From Candidatus Micrarchaeota archaeon (GTDB lineage: Archaea > Micrarchaeota > Micrarchaeia > Norongarragalinales > Norongarragalinaceae), in assembly GCA_016207165.1 (NCBI GenBank), contig JACQQD010000011.1:71715-135714 (forward strand): DNA of 64,000 bases, given 5' to 3'. Each line of letters starts with the position of its first letter. Position 1 is the first letter of the stretch. This document shows, piece after piece, positions 1 to 9,547 of this stretch. A program made the position numbers and the translations under genes. Below the pieces are notes generated by a model that was not told the DNA's origin, ran no database searches, and saw only the letters and a program-made list of their open reading frames with translations.

Positions 1-380
1 AGGTCGGCACCGTCGTCGATGACGACGTGCGGCTTGACGTCCAAAGCCCGGTTTAAGGCTTGGTAGTAGTCCTTGTTGGATATGCCGCGCCAGGCGAAAA
101 CCGAAATGCCTTCTTCCGAAAGAGCGGCGGCCACGTCGTCCTGGGTGCTCAACGGGTTGGAGCCGCAAAGCGACACCTGCGCGCCGCCGGCTTGAAGCGC
201 CAAAACCAAAATGCCGGTTTCCTTGGTCACGTGCAGGCAACACGCAATTTTTTTCCCGGCAAAAGGCCTCTGTTTTTGGAAGCGTTCATGGATTTGGGCC
301 AAAACCGGCATGTGGCGGCGCGCCCAATCCATCTTCTCGCGGCCTTGGAAACCCAGTTTTTCATCCTTGACTTGACTCAT
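1..380 (-). CDS. ahcY: Adenosylhomocysteinase, 5' part (runs off the window)
   Basis: Manual translation MSQVKDEKLG...MPVL...CLHVTKET...GSNPLSTQDDVAAAL...VIDDGADL matches SAH hydrolase motifs. Confidence 0.93.
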   Translation of the reverse strand, partial: MSQVKDEKLGFQGREKMDWARRHMPVLAQIHERFQKQRPFAGKKIACCLHVTKETGILVLALQAGGAQVSLCGSNPLSTQDDVAAALSEEGISVFAWRGISNKDYYQALNRALDVKPHVVIDDGAD

Positions 381-480
381 GAGCGCATGCACCCAGTACA
401 AACCACGGTGGGGGCTTTAAGGGCCCGCCACATTTTTAAGGGCGAGGTTTCACGCAAGAGTCTCAAGAGGAAAAAAGAAC

Positions 481-609
481 ATGGGTTTAAGCGGGCTTTG
501 GTTGCCCATCGTGTTTTACGCCTTGGTGTTCGGCGCGTTGTACGACGCCGGGGGACTGTTTGTGGCCATGGGCGTCTTGGGCGGCCTTGTCGCGGTCACC
601 AGCGGCTGA
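481..609 (+). CDS. 42-aa two-TM membrane protein, possibly AtpI/AtpZ-like
   Basis: MGLSGLWLPIVFYALVFGALYDAGGLFVAMGVLGGLVAVTSG; not in ORF track; lies directly upstream of the ATP synthase operon. Confidence 0.4.
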   Translation: MGLSGLWLPIVFYALVFGALYDAGGLFVAMGVLGGLVAVTSG

Positions 610-706
610 CAACGTTTAAATACCGGCGGTGCGATTAACGTCTCTCGTACCGACTGGTTTTGAATTTGGCCTCGTGGGGAGGGCAAAGAATCCAGGGTTT
701 GATTTG

Positions 707-1030
707 ATGCAACCAAGCGACGACTCCGGAGAGCTGACAAAAAACCTCAAGGCCCTGTCCGACGAGGAAAAAAACCTGGAACAGCAGACGCAGCAAACCG
801 AAATGGATCAGCAAAAAATCACGGCCGACGCCAAGAAAAAGGCGCAGGCCATCATCGAAAAAGCCCGCGGACAAGCCGAAAAAGAGCGGGAAAAACTCTT
901 GGCCGCCCAGCAGGAAGACGTCGACCAAAAAGTCGACGCCATCCTAAGGAAAGCGGAAAAAGACGCAGCGGCCCTCGAAAAAAAGAAGTTGGACGTGTCC
1001 GACAAGCTGTTGCCTCTGTTGTTTCCGTGA
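707..1030 (+). CDS. atpH: A/V-type ATP synthase subunit H (peripheral stalk)
   Basis: Charged coiled coil (AKKKAQAIIEKAR); first gene of the operon; stop overlaps subunit I start. Confidence 0.75.
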   Translation: MQPSDDSGELTKNLKALSDEEKNLEQQTQQTEMDQQKITADAKKKAQAIIEKARGQAEKEREKLLAAQQEDVDQKVDAILRKAEKDAAALEKKKLDVSDKLLPLLFP

Positions 1031-2901
1031 TTTCCCGCATTATGTTTTTCCCTGAACGACTCGTCAAAATCCGCGTGTACTCGCCGGTCCGCATGCGGGC
1101 CGACGTCGTGCAGGCGCTTTACGATTTCGGCGTCATCCACGTCACCCCCACGATACACTTCGCCTCGGACCGACCCTTGGAGCAGTACCGGTCCATTTCA
1201 GAGAAACTCATCGCCCTCCGGTCGTTGGCCGCCCAAGTACCGTTGCCGCAAGGCAAAGGGCGTCAGCGGGCCATGGCCGACTTGGAAGCGGATTTTGAGG
1301 AATTGGGAATCGAAGAAATTTTTGCCTGGCTCAAAGAGCGCACCGAACTCTCCAACACGTTATCCAACCTCCACTTGGAAGAACAAAAACTCCGTCCGTT
1401 CCGCCATCTTTCCATCAACCCCAAGTGGCTGCACACCCGCCGCCTGAAATTCGCGTACGTTCAGCCCGGCGAAAAATTTCCGTGGGACCGCCTCAAAGGC
1501 GTGCCGCACGAAACCCAAACGGTTCGCGACGAAAACCTGCAATACGTCCTGGTCGCCTACGACGCCAAACAAGAAGAAAAAGTCCAACCCGTCTTGGCGT
1601 TGGCCGAAAAGCGCCTCGAGATTCCCGACCCCAACGGCGCGACGTTTCGGCAGGCCTGGGAAAACATCGAAGTGCGCGGCCAGAACGCGGAAGTCGCGCT
1701 TTCCAGCCTCCAGAAGCGGATCGACTGGTTCTTGAAGCGGAAAGCCAAAGCGTGCGCGGACGTGCTGGCGTGTTTGGAGGTGGAAGCCAAGAAAGCCGAG
1801 CTTCCCACCAAGTTCGGTCAAAGCGTGACGTTGAGCGTGGCGGAAGGATGGATTCCGGAAAAAAAATACGGCGACTTGGAGCGCGCCCTGGAAAAACAGC
1901 TTGGAAACAAAGTGCTCTTGGAATCCGTCAAAACCACGCAAACCCCGCCGACCAAACTGGACAACCCGCGGCCCATCCGGCCGTTCGAGTTTTTGGTGCA
2001 AGCGCTTTCACTGCCCAAGTACAACGAATTGGACCCCACCATTCTGGTATTCTTGAGTTTCCCGTTCTTCTTCGGAATGATTTTAGGCGACGTGGGTTAC
2101 GGCTTGGCCATGGTGGCCTTGGCGTTGATTCTCCGCCAGAAATATCCGGAAGGCTTTTTCCGAAGCATTTCCGGCATGATGATTCTATCCGGACTTTGGA
2201 CGATGGTCTTCGGATTCATCTTCGGCGAGTTTTTGGGCGCCGAACGAGTACTGGGATACGAACTCCACCCCCTCATCCACCGCCTCCAGGCCGAAGGCAT
2301 CGACGCCCTCATGCAGTTGTCGCTCGTGTTCGGCTTCCTGCATTTGGGCATCGGGTTCGCGCTGGGAACCTACGTGAACCTCCGCGAACACCACGTCAAG
2401 CACGCCATCGCCAAGGCGTCCTGGTTGGTGCTGTTAATGGGCATCCTTGGATTTCTGTCGTTGACGGCGAACATCACGGCTTTAAACGTATTCCAATCGT
2501 ACGGGCAATTTTTTTCCCCGGACATCTGGCTGGGCCTCTCCGGCGTTACGCTGGTCGCGTTGTTGCTAACCGAAGGAGGAAACGCGTTGCTGGAGATTCC
2601 AAGCCTCATTGGCAACCTCGTATCCTACCTGCGTATCATGGCGCTGGGCATCGTCGGCGCCGTCTTGGCGTTGATGGTCAACACCATTCCACTGGAGCCC
2701 ACGCTGGACTTGGGCGGATTGGTTGCATTCGTCCTGTTCACCGTCTTTTTCATCGTGGGCCAGGTCTTCGCCCTGGCCCTGGGCATTTTTGAGTCCTCCA
2801 TCCAGTCCCTGCGTCTGCATTACGTCGAGTTCTTCTCGAAGTTCTACCAAGGCGGCGGCACGGCATTCGTGTCGCTGCGGGAAGGTTCCGAGCGCAAATA
2901 A
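1027..2901 (+). CDS. atpI: A/V-type ATP synthase subunit I (a)
   Basis: FFFGMILGDVGYG, SYLRIMAL and SLRLHYVEFFSKFY motifs. Confidence 0.96.
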   Translation: MISRIMFFPERLVKIRVYSPVRMRADVVQALYDFGVIHVTPTIHFASDRPLEQYRSISEKLIALRSLAAQVPLPQGKGRQRAMADLEADFEELGIEEIFAWLKERTELSNTLSNLHLEEQKLRPFRHLSINPKWLHTRRLKFAYVQPGEKFPWDRLKGVPHETQTVRDENLQYVLVAYDAKQEEKVQPVLALAEKRLEIPDPNGATFRQAWENIEVRGQNAEVALSSLQKRIDWFLKRKAKACADVLACLEVEAKKAELPTKFGQSVTLSVAEGWIPEKKYGDLERALEKQLGNKVLLESVKTTQTPPTKLDNPRPIRPFEFLVQALSLPKYNELDPTILVFLSFPFFFGMILGDVGYGLAMVALALILRQKYPEGFFRSISGMMILSGLWTMVFGFIFGEFLGAERVLGYELHPLIHRLQAEGIDALMQLSLVFGFLHLGIGFALGTYVNLREHHVKHAIAKASWLVLLMGILGFLSLTANITALNVFQSYGQFFSPDIWLGLSGVTLVALLLTEGGNALLEIPSLIGNLVSYLRIMALGIVGAVLALMVNTIPLEPTLDLGGLVAFVLFTVFFIVGQVFALALGIFESSIQSLRLHYVEFFSKFYQGGGTAFVSLREGSERK

Positions 2902-2945
2902 TTTGACGCGTATGAAAGTCATGTTCAAATTGAGGTGAACGAAAT

Positions 2946-3176
2946 ATGGCCATAGATATTGGAACGGGATTGATTGCCGTGGGCGCAGGTATTGCCGTCC
3001 TCGGAGGAGCCTTGGGCACCGCGTACGCACAAGGCAATATTGGTGCGGCCGGCATGGGGCTTTTGGCCGAGCGGGAGAGCGCGTTCGGAACCGTCATCAT
3101 CCTGCTGGCCCTGCCGGAAACCATCGTCCTGTTGGGTTTCATCATCGGCTTTCTGCTGTTGGGCAAGATCGCATAA
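2946..3176 (+). CDS. atpK: A/V-type ATP synthase subunit K (c, single-hairpin proteolipid)
   Basis: AQGNIGAAG...LPET; GAGGTGA Shine-Dalgarno upstream. Confidence 0.95.
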   Translation: MAIDIGTGLIAVGAGIAVLGGALGTAYAQGNIGAAGMGLLAERESAFGTVIILLALPETIVLLGFIIGFLLLGKIA

Positions 3177-3206
3177 AACCCCGTAAAAGAAAGAAGGGTT
3201 CCGGAT

Positions 3207-3755
3207 ATGAGTCTTGACCAATTGCGGAAGGAAATACGGCATGAGGCTGAAAGCCAGCGAAAGCACGCGTTGGCGGAAGCCAAAAAGCAAGCCGACGCCA
3301 TCCTGGCGGAAGCCGAACAGCAAGCCAAGGCCCTGGTGCAAAAAGCCAAAGCCGACGCCGCGTTGGAAGCGGAAGGCAAGCTCACGCAAGTCTCCGCCGC
3401 CCGCTTGAAAGCCAAAAAACGCATTGCGGAAGCCCGCGACCACCTCGTCCAACAGCAATTGCAACAAGCCCGGCAAGCGCTGGCGAAGTTCGCCGATTCG
3501 CCAAAATACGCTGGCGTGCTGAAAAAACTGGCGGACGAAGCCGCCGAAAAAATCGGAAAGAACGCCCAGCTTTTTGCCCGGGAAAAAGACGTCCCAAAAC
3601 TCAAGAAAATGGGGTATTCCGCCGAGGAAATGGATTGCCTGGGCGGCTGCGTGGCGGCTACCCCCGACGGGCGCATCCGCGTGAACAATACCCTGGAAGC
3701 GTTGTTTGAGGAAAACGAGGAGAAACTCCGCCAGAAAATCTTCGAGGAACTCTGA
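3207..3755 (+). CDS. atpE: A/V-type ATP synthase subunit E
   Basis: MSLDQL... coiled coil; C-terminal LGG...DGRIRVNNTLE. Confidence 0.93.
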   Translation: MSLDQLRKEIRHEAESQRKHALAEAKKQADAILAEAEQQAKALVQKAKADAALEAEGKLTQVSAARLKAKKRIAEARDHLVQQQLQQARQALAKFADSPKYAGVLKKLADEAAEKIGKNAQLFAREKDVPKLKKMGYSAEEMDCLGGCVAATPDGRIRVNNTLEALFEENEEKLRQKIFEEL

Positions 3756-4765
3756 TGCCTGACCTCACGTACGCATACGCCAACGCCCGCATCAAAGCCA
3801 TGGAAACCAGGCTCTTGACGCCGGAGCAGTACCGCAACCTCTACAACGTCCAAAGCATTCCCGAAATGACGGCCATGCTTCAGGAGACGGCGTACCGCGA
3901 CGCGTTGGTGGAGGCCTCCAAGGAGTTCCAAGGCGTGGAACTGGTCCTGGAAGGGCTCCAAAAAGACTGGTTGGCCACGGTAACCAAACTGGAGCGCATC
4001 CTGCCTGAAAAAGCCAAGAAAGCATTCTCCGTCATGGTCGGCGAATGGGAAGTCCAAGACGTCAAAACCATCATTTCCAAGCGCGCCCTGGAACAGGAGA
4101 TTTCCTCGCCGGAGCTGGTCAACGCCACGCCGCAAAGCCGGAAACTCAACGAAAAGCTTTTGGCCGCCAAGACCTGGGAGGACACCGTCAAGGCATTGCA
4201 CGGCACGCCGTATTGGGAAAGCGTCAAAGCCGACGAAGCCAGCATCCTCAAAGACAAAGATTACCGCGCCCTCTCCGTGGCCCTTGACCGCGCCTACGTT
4301 TTGCGCGTCATGGACTTCTCGAAAGTCGCCCAGCGCAAAAGCACGCGCCAACTGCTCACCGAAAAGACGGACTTGGCCAACACCGTGCTCGTGCTTCGCC
4401 TCAAGTCATTTGCCTCCAGCGAACAAATCGAGAAACAACTCGTGGGCCCCGCGTCCCCGCGCGTCAAGCAATTGTTGGACGCCCCAAGCCTTGACGCCGC
4501 CATCGCCCTGCTTGACCTGCCGGACGACGTGCTCCAAGCCTACCAAAAAAAACATACGCTGAGCACCCTGGAAATGGCGTTGGAAAAAAAATTCGTCGAA
4601 CGCGTCCTGCGCACCTTCCGCACCAGCGTCTTGAGCTTCGGCGTCGTGCTGGGGTTTTTGTACCTCAAAAGCGCGGAAGTCAACAACCTCAAACGCCTGG
4701 CCCTCGGCAAGCACTTCGGCGTCGAAGAGGACCTGAAACAGTTTTTGTACGTACTGAGTGGATGA
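3755..4765 (+). CDS. atpC: A/V-type ATP synthase subunit C
   Basis: YAYANARIKAM...EVNNLK motifs; operon position. Confidence 0.93.
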   Translation: MPDLTYAYANARIKAMETRLLTPEQYRNLYNVQSIPEMTAMLQETAYRDALVEASKEFQGVELVLEGLQKDWLATVTKLERILPEKAKKAFSVMVGEWEVQDVKTIISKRALEQEISSPELVNATPQSRKLNEKLLAAKTWEDTVKALHGTPYWESVKADEASILKDKDYRALSVALDRAYVLRVMDFSKVAQRKSTRQLLTEKTDLANTVLVLRLKSFASSEQIEKQLVGPASPRVKQLLDAPSLDAAIALLDLPDDVLQAYQKKHTLSTLEMALEKKFVERVLRTFRTSVLSFGVVLGFLYLKSAEVNNLKRLALGKHFGVEEDLKQFLYVLSG

Positions 4766-4766
4766 A

Positions 4767-5081
4767 ATGGATCACATCGCGGTGTTGGCGGATTCGGAAA
4801 CGCTTCTAGGCTTTCGGCTCGCCGGCATCCGGCACGCCTTTGTTGCCAACGGCAGGCCCGACGAGGAACTGGATACCGCCATGAAAACCCCGGGCATCGG
4901 CATCCTCATCGTCAGCCAAGACGTCTTCCAAGACGCCTCGCCCAAACTCCAGAAACACGCCACGGACAGCGCCAAGCCCGTGGTGGTGGTCATCCCCGGC
5001 AAGAAAACCAAGCAGGCCAAAGGCAGTGCGAACCTGGCGGCCATGGTCAAACGCGCCATCGGCGTGGACATCATGAAATGA
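4767..5081 (+). CDS. atpF: A/V-type ATP synthase subunit F
   Basis: IAVLADSETLLGFRLAG...VKRAIGVDI. Confidence 0.94.
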   Translation: MDHIAVLADSETLLGFRLAGIRHAFVANGRPDEELDTAMKTPGIGILIVSQDVFQDASPKLQKHATDSAKPVVVVIPGKKTKQAKGSANLAAMVKRAIGVDIMK

Positions 5082-5108
5082 TTCTCGAATTGAAGGTGAG
5101 TGCAGCAT

Positions 5109-6833
5109 ATGGGTAAACTTGCAAAAATCAGCGGGCCCGTCATCGTCGCGGAAGGCATGTCCGGGTCGCAGATGAATGAAGTCGTCAAAGTCGGCGACCA
5201 AGAACTCTTGGGAGAAATCATTTCCCTCAAGTACGACCGCGCCAGCATCCAAGTCTACGAAGACACTTCAGGTTTAAAACCAGGAGACGCCGTCGTCGGC
5301 ACCGGCGCACCGCTTCAAGTCGAACTCGGCCCCGGCCTTCTGAAAGCCGTTTTCGACGGCATCCAGAGACCCTTGGACGTCATCCAGGAAAAAACAGGCG
5401 CCTTCATCCAGCGGGGCGTCAACATTCCGGCGTTGGACATCAAGAAAAAATGGGAGTTTGAAGCCATGGCCAAGAAAGGCGACGCCGTCGGCCCCGGCGA
5501 CGTACTGGGAACTGTTCAGGAAACCAACATCACGCACCAAATCCTCGTTCCCCCCATGGTCAAGGCCGGCACGCTTTCGTGGATCAAGTCCGGCAAATAC
5601 ACCGTCCGCGAAGGCGTCGCCCACATCGGCAAGACCGAAGTCGGACTCTCCCATCTCTGGAGCGTTCGCAAACCCAGGCCCGTCAAGGAAAAACTCCGCT
5701 TTGCCAACCCCCTAGTCACCGGCAAGCGCATCATCGACACGTTTTTCCCCATGGCCAAAGGCGGCGCCGGCGCCATTCCAGGACCCTTCGGAAGCGGGAA
5801 AACGGTAAATCAGCAAGACCTCGCCAAATACAGCGACGCACAAATCATCGTCTACATTGGTTGCGGCGAACGCGGCAACGAAATGACGGAAGTGCTCACC
5901 GAATTCCCCCAACTGGAAGACCCCAAAACCAAGAAACCCCTCATGGAGCGAACGGTGTTGATTGCCAACACGTCCAACATGCCTGTAGCGGCCAGAGAAG
6001 CCTCCGTCTACACGGGCATCACCCTCGCGGAATACTACCGCGACATGGGCTATTCCGTGGCTTTAATGGCCGACTCGACGTCGCGCTGGGCGGAAGCCAT
6101 GCGTGAAATCTCGGGACGCATGGAGGAAATGCCAGGCGAAGAAGGCTATCCTGCGTACTTGGGCCGCAAACTCGCGGAATTCTACGAACGCGCCGGCAAA
6201 GTCCAATGCCTTGGAAGCCCTGACCGCGAAGGCAGCGTCACCGTAGTGGGAGCCGTTTCCCCTGCCGGCGGCGACATCTCCGAACCCGTCTCCCAAGGCA
6301 CCCTCCGCATCACGAAAGTATTCTGGGCATTGGACGCCAACTTGTCCCGCCGCCGCCACTACCCCGCCATCAACTGGCTGAAAAGCTATTCGCTGTACGA
6401 CGGAGAACTGGAGGACTGGTACGCTCAAAACGTGGCCAAGGAATTCTACCCCTTGCGCGCCAAAGCCATGAACTTACTGCAGAAAGAAGAGGAACTCCAA
6501 AACATCGTGCAACTCATCGGCCCCGACGCCCTCCCGGACAAGGAGCGCTTGGTGCTGGAAGCCACGAAAATGATCCGCGAAGACTTCTTACAGCAAAATT
6601 CCTTTGACCCCGATGATGCGTACACGTCGCCCCAGAAGCAGTACTGGATGATCAAAACCATCCTGCACTACTACGACAAGGCCAACGACGCGCTGGCCAC
6701 AGACGTATCCCTGGAAAAAATCCTTTCCGCCAAAGCCCGCGAAGAAATCTCCAAACTCAAACGCATCCCAGAAAAACAAGTCAAGACCACGTGCGAACAA
6801 ATCCAAAAAGATTTCGAGCACGCATTGCGGTGA
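5109..6833 (+). CDS. atpA: A/V-type ATP synthase subunit A
   Basis: GPFGSGKT Walker [20 protein letters not shown]; no intein. Confidence 0.98.
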   Translation: MGKLAKISGPVIVAEGMSGSQMNEVVKVGDQELLGEIISLKYDRASIQVYEDTSGLKPGDAVVGTGAPLQVELGPGLLKAVFDGIQRPLDVIQEKTGAFIQRGVNIPALDIKKKWEFEAMAKKGDAVGPGDVLGTVQETNITHQILVPPMVKAGTLSWIKSGKYTVREGVAHIGKTEVGLSHLWSVRKPRPVKEKLRFANPLVTGKRIIDTFFPMAKGGAGAIPGPFGSGKTVNQQDLAKYSDAQIIVYIGCGERGNEMTEVLTEFPQLEDPKTKKPLMERTVLIANTSNMPVAAREASVYTGITLAEYYRDMGYSVALMADSTSRWAEAMREISGRMEEMPGEEGYPAYLGRKLAEFYERAGKVQCLGSPDREGSVTVVGAVSPAGGDISEPVSQGTLRITKVFWALDANLSRRRHYPAINWLKSYSLYDGELEDWYAQNVAKEFYPLRAKAMNLLQKEEELQNIVQLIGPDALPDKERLVLEATKMIREDFLQQNSFDPDDAYTSPQKQYWMIKTILHYYDKANDALATDVSLEKILSAKAREEISKLKRIPEKQVKTTCEQIQKDFEHALR

Positions 6834-6840
6834 AACCAAA

Positions 6841-6861
6841 ATGATCAAAGAATACCAAACG
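6841..6861 (+). repeat. Duplicated 5' end of atpB (MIKEYQT), synonymously diverged
   Basis: ATGATCAAAGAATACCAAACG versus ATGATTAAGGAATACCAGACC at 6927. Confidence 0.8.
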
Positions 6862-6926
6862 GATCTTTTCTTTTTTGACAAGAAAGGAAACATCCATGAA
6901 AAGAAAAAACCGCCTAGGTGAATCAC

Positions 6927-8318
6927 ATGATTAAGGAATACCAGACCGTCAAGGAAATCTTCGGACCCATCGTCTTCGTCGAAGACATCCAGGACGCGGC
7001 CTACAACGAGACCGTCGACATCATCATGCCCAGCGGCGAAAAACTCAAGGGCCAAGTGCTGGAATCAAGCCGAGGCCTGGCCGCCGTGCAAGTCTTCGGC
7101 GCCACCACGGGGCTGGACACCAAAACCACGCGCATCCGCTTCTCCGGCGAAACCCTCCAGTTGCCAGTGTCCGACGACATGCTTGGCCGCGTCTTTGACG
7201 GCACCGGACAACCCATCGACAAAGGCGCTCCCGTCGTATCCAAGGAAAAACGCGACATCAACGGGTTCGCCATCAACCCCTACGCCCGAGCCAGCCCCCA
7301 CGACTTCATCCAAACCGGCGTGTCCACCATCGACGCCCTGAACACCCTCGTTCGCGGCCAGAAGCTACCCATCTTCTCCACCGCCGGCCTGCCCCACAAC
7401 GAACTCGCCGTACAAATCGCTAGACAGGCCACCGTCCGAGGAAAAGACGAAGACTTCGTCGTCGTGTTCGCGGCCATGGGCATCACCAACGCCGAAGCGC
7501 AGTTCTTCATGAAGGACTTCGAAAAAACCGGAGCCCTGGAAAGAGCCGTGCTGTTCTTGAATTTAGCCAACGACCCCTCCATCGAACGCCTCATTACCCC
7601 AAGAATGGCGCTGACGACCGCCGAGTACCTCGCCTACGAAAAAGACATGCAAGTGCTCGTCGTCATGACGGACATGACCAACTACTGCGACGCGCTTCGC
7701 GAAATCGCGGCCGCCCGCCAAGAAGTGCCCGGACGCCGAGGATACCCCGGATACATGTACACCGACTTGGCCTCTATTTACGAGCGCGCCGGCACCATCA
7801 AGGGCCGCAAAGGCACCGTCACCCAACTGCCGATTCTGACCATGCCGGAAGAAGACATCACGCACCCCATCCCCGACTTGACGGGTTACATCACCGAAGG
7901 CCAAATCGTATTGAGCCGAGAACTTCACCGCAAAACCATTTACCCCAACGTCGACGTATTGCCGTCGTTGTCGCGGTTGATGAACGCCGGCATCGGTTCC
8001 AACAGAACCCGCGAAGACCACGCCGGCGTTTCTTCCCAGCTTTACGCCTCGTACGCGCAAGGCCGCGACCTCAGGCAATTGGTGGCCGTGGTCGGCGAAG
8101 AAGCCTTGAGCGCCAAAGACAAGAAATTCCTGAAATTCGCCGACCAATTCGAGAAGCGCTTCGTCCAGCAAGGCCGCCACGAAAACCGGTCCATCGAGCA
8201 ATCCCTGGATTTGGGGTGGGAGTTGTTGTCGGAAATCCCCGAAGACGAACTCAAACGCGTCAAAACGGAACACCTCGAAAAATACGGGCGGAAATTCCGC
8301 GCCGGAGGCAAGAAATGA
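6927..8318 (+). CDS. atpB: A/V-type ATP synthase subunit B
   Basis: [39 protein letters not shown]. Confidence 0.98.
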   Translation: MIKEYQTVKEIFGPIVFVEDIQDAAYNETVDIIMPSGEKLKGQVLESSRGLAAVQVFGATTGLDTKTTRIRFSGETLQLPVSDDMLGRVFDGTGQPIDKGAPVVSKEKRDINGFAINPYARASPHDFIQTGVSTIDALNTLVRGQKLPIFSTAGLPHNELAVQIARQATVRGKDEDFVVVFAAMGITNAEAQFFMKDFEKTGALERAVLFLNLANDPSIERLITPRMALTTAEYLAYEKDMQVLVVMTDMTNYCDALREIAAARQEVPGRRGYPGYMYTDLASIYERAGTIKGRKGTVTQLPILTMPEEDITHPIPDLTGYITEGQIVLSRELHRKTIYPNVDVLPSLSRLMNAGIGSNRTREDHAGVSSQLYASYAQGRDLRQLVAVVGEEALSAKDKKFLKFADQFEKRFVQQGRHENRSIEQSLDLGWELLSEIPEDELKRVKTEHLEKYGRKFRAGGKK

Positions 8319-8629
8319 ATTTGACGCTGGAAATGCAGAAAGCGCTCTCCGAAACGCACTTGGACGAATACGGCTACACCGCCGCCCAAGTGCTCTACGA
8401 CTTGGAAAAGCTTTCCGACCGCGAAACCCACGTCGACGGCTCCAACGCCAACGACGCACTCCATGCGTCGCGTTGCCTGCGGCGCATGGCCGCCGACCCC
8501 AGAACAGCGGCCCGCTTTGCCGAACTCTTGTCCAAAGCGTTCACGGACGACGACGAACCCCACGCCAAAACCTGGGTCGTCCTGGAAGCCGCCCGCCGCT
8601 TCGAAGGCCAAGGAAAAAAAGGACTCTGA
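8315..8629 (+). CDS. Hypothetical helical protein inserted between atpB and atpD
   Basis: ATG overlaps the atpB stop (ATGA); 104 aa; host-like codon usage. Confidence 0.6.
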   Translation: MNLTLEMQKALSETHLDEYGYTAAQVLYDLEKLSDRETHVDGSNANDALHASRCLRRMAADPRTAARFAELLSKAFTDDDEPHAKTWVVLEAARRFEGQGKKGL

Positions 8630-8745
8630 AAAAAAACACCAAACCAGAAGACAAAAAGAAAAAAAACCAAAAAAAAATCAAGAAAAGTAGAAGAATTAAT
8701 CAAATGGGAAAAAACGAAATTCAGGACGGAAAATAGTGGAACGTA

Positions 8746-8793
8746 ATGGCTAAAGAAAACGTCAAACCGACTAGAATGGAACTTCTCAACACG
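8746..8793 (+). repeat. Duplicated 5' end of atpD (MAKENVKPTRMELLNT), synonymously diverged
   Basis: 48-bp copy of 8864-8911 with 5 nucleotide differences, all silent. Confidence 0.92.
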
Positions 8794-8863
8794 GTCGCCC
8801 CAGGGGGAAGCGTCCCCCTTGGCCCGCCCTGGGCCTCGACCCCCTCAAACGGAGTGAAAAGTC

Positions 8864-9547
8864 ATGGCTAAAGAAAACGTCAAGCCCACCCGCATGGAAC
8901 TTCTCAACACGAAAGGCAAGCTCAAGCTCGCCGAAAAAGGCCACAAGCTCCTCAAACAGAAGCGCGACGCCCTGGTATTGGAGTTCTTCCAAGTCATCAA
9001 GAAAGCCAAAGACTTACGAACCCTTGTCGACGAACAACTCATCGCCGCCTACCGGGCCTTGGCCGTAGCCGAAGCCATGCACTCCAGGCTTTTCTTGGAG
9101 ACGGCGGCGGTGGCCGCCCACGAAGCACCCAGCATTTCCGTGTCCCAGCAGAACATTATGGGCGTGCGCATCCCCAAAATCCAGGGCCAAGCCATCCAAC
9201 GCAACATTTTGGAGCGCGGCTACAGCCTGCAAGGAAGTTCCGCTGGATTTGACGAAGCCGTGGACGCCTTCGAGAAATCCGTGGCCATGATCATCCAACT
9301 CGCGGAAACGGAGTCCGCGCTCAAAAAACTGTTGACGGAAATCGAGAAAACCAACCGCCGGGTCAACGCATTGGAGTACAACATCCAACCCTCCATGAAA
9401 GCCACCATGAAGGAAATCCAAGGACACCTCAACCGCTTGGAAGCCGAGTTGTTCTTTTCCCTGAAAGTCACCAAACGAAGACTGGAACGCAAGGCGGAAG
9501 CCGAAGAAGAAAAAGGCAGAGCCGCCGACAAAGCCCAAACCGGCTAA
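8864..9547 (+). CDS. atpD: A/V-type ATP synthase subunit D
   Basis: KPTRMELL...GHKLLKQKRDAL...KTNRRVNALEY. Confidence 0.97.
   Translation: MAKENVKPTRMELLNTKGKLKLAEKGHKLLKQKRDALVLEFFQVIKKAKDLRTLVDEQLIAAYRALAVAEAMHSRLFLETAAVAAHEAPSISVSQQNIMGVRIPKIQGQAIQRNILERGYSLQGSSAGFDEAVDAFEKSVAMIIQLAETESALKKLLTEIEKTNRRVNALEYNIQPSMKATMKEIQGHLNRLEAELFFSLKVTKRRLERKAEAEEEKGRAADKAQTG

Noticed and set aside
5109-8318. Inteins in ATPase A/B subunits
   Set aside because: Lengths are normal and the motifs around the usual insertion site are contiguous.
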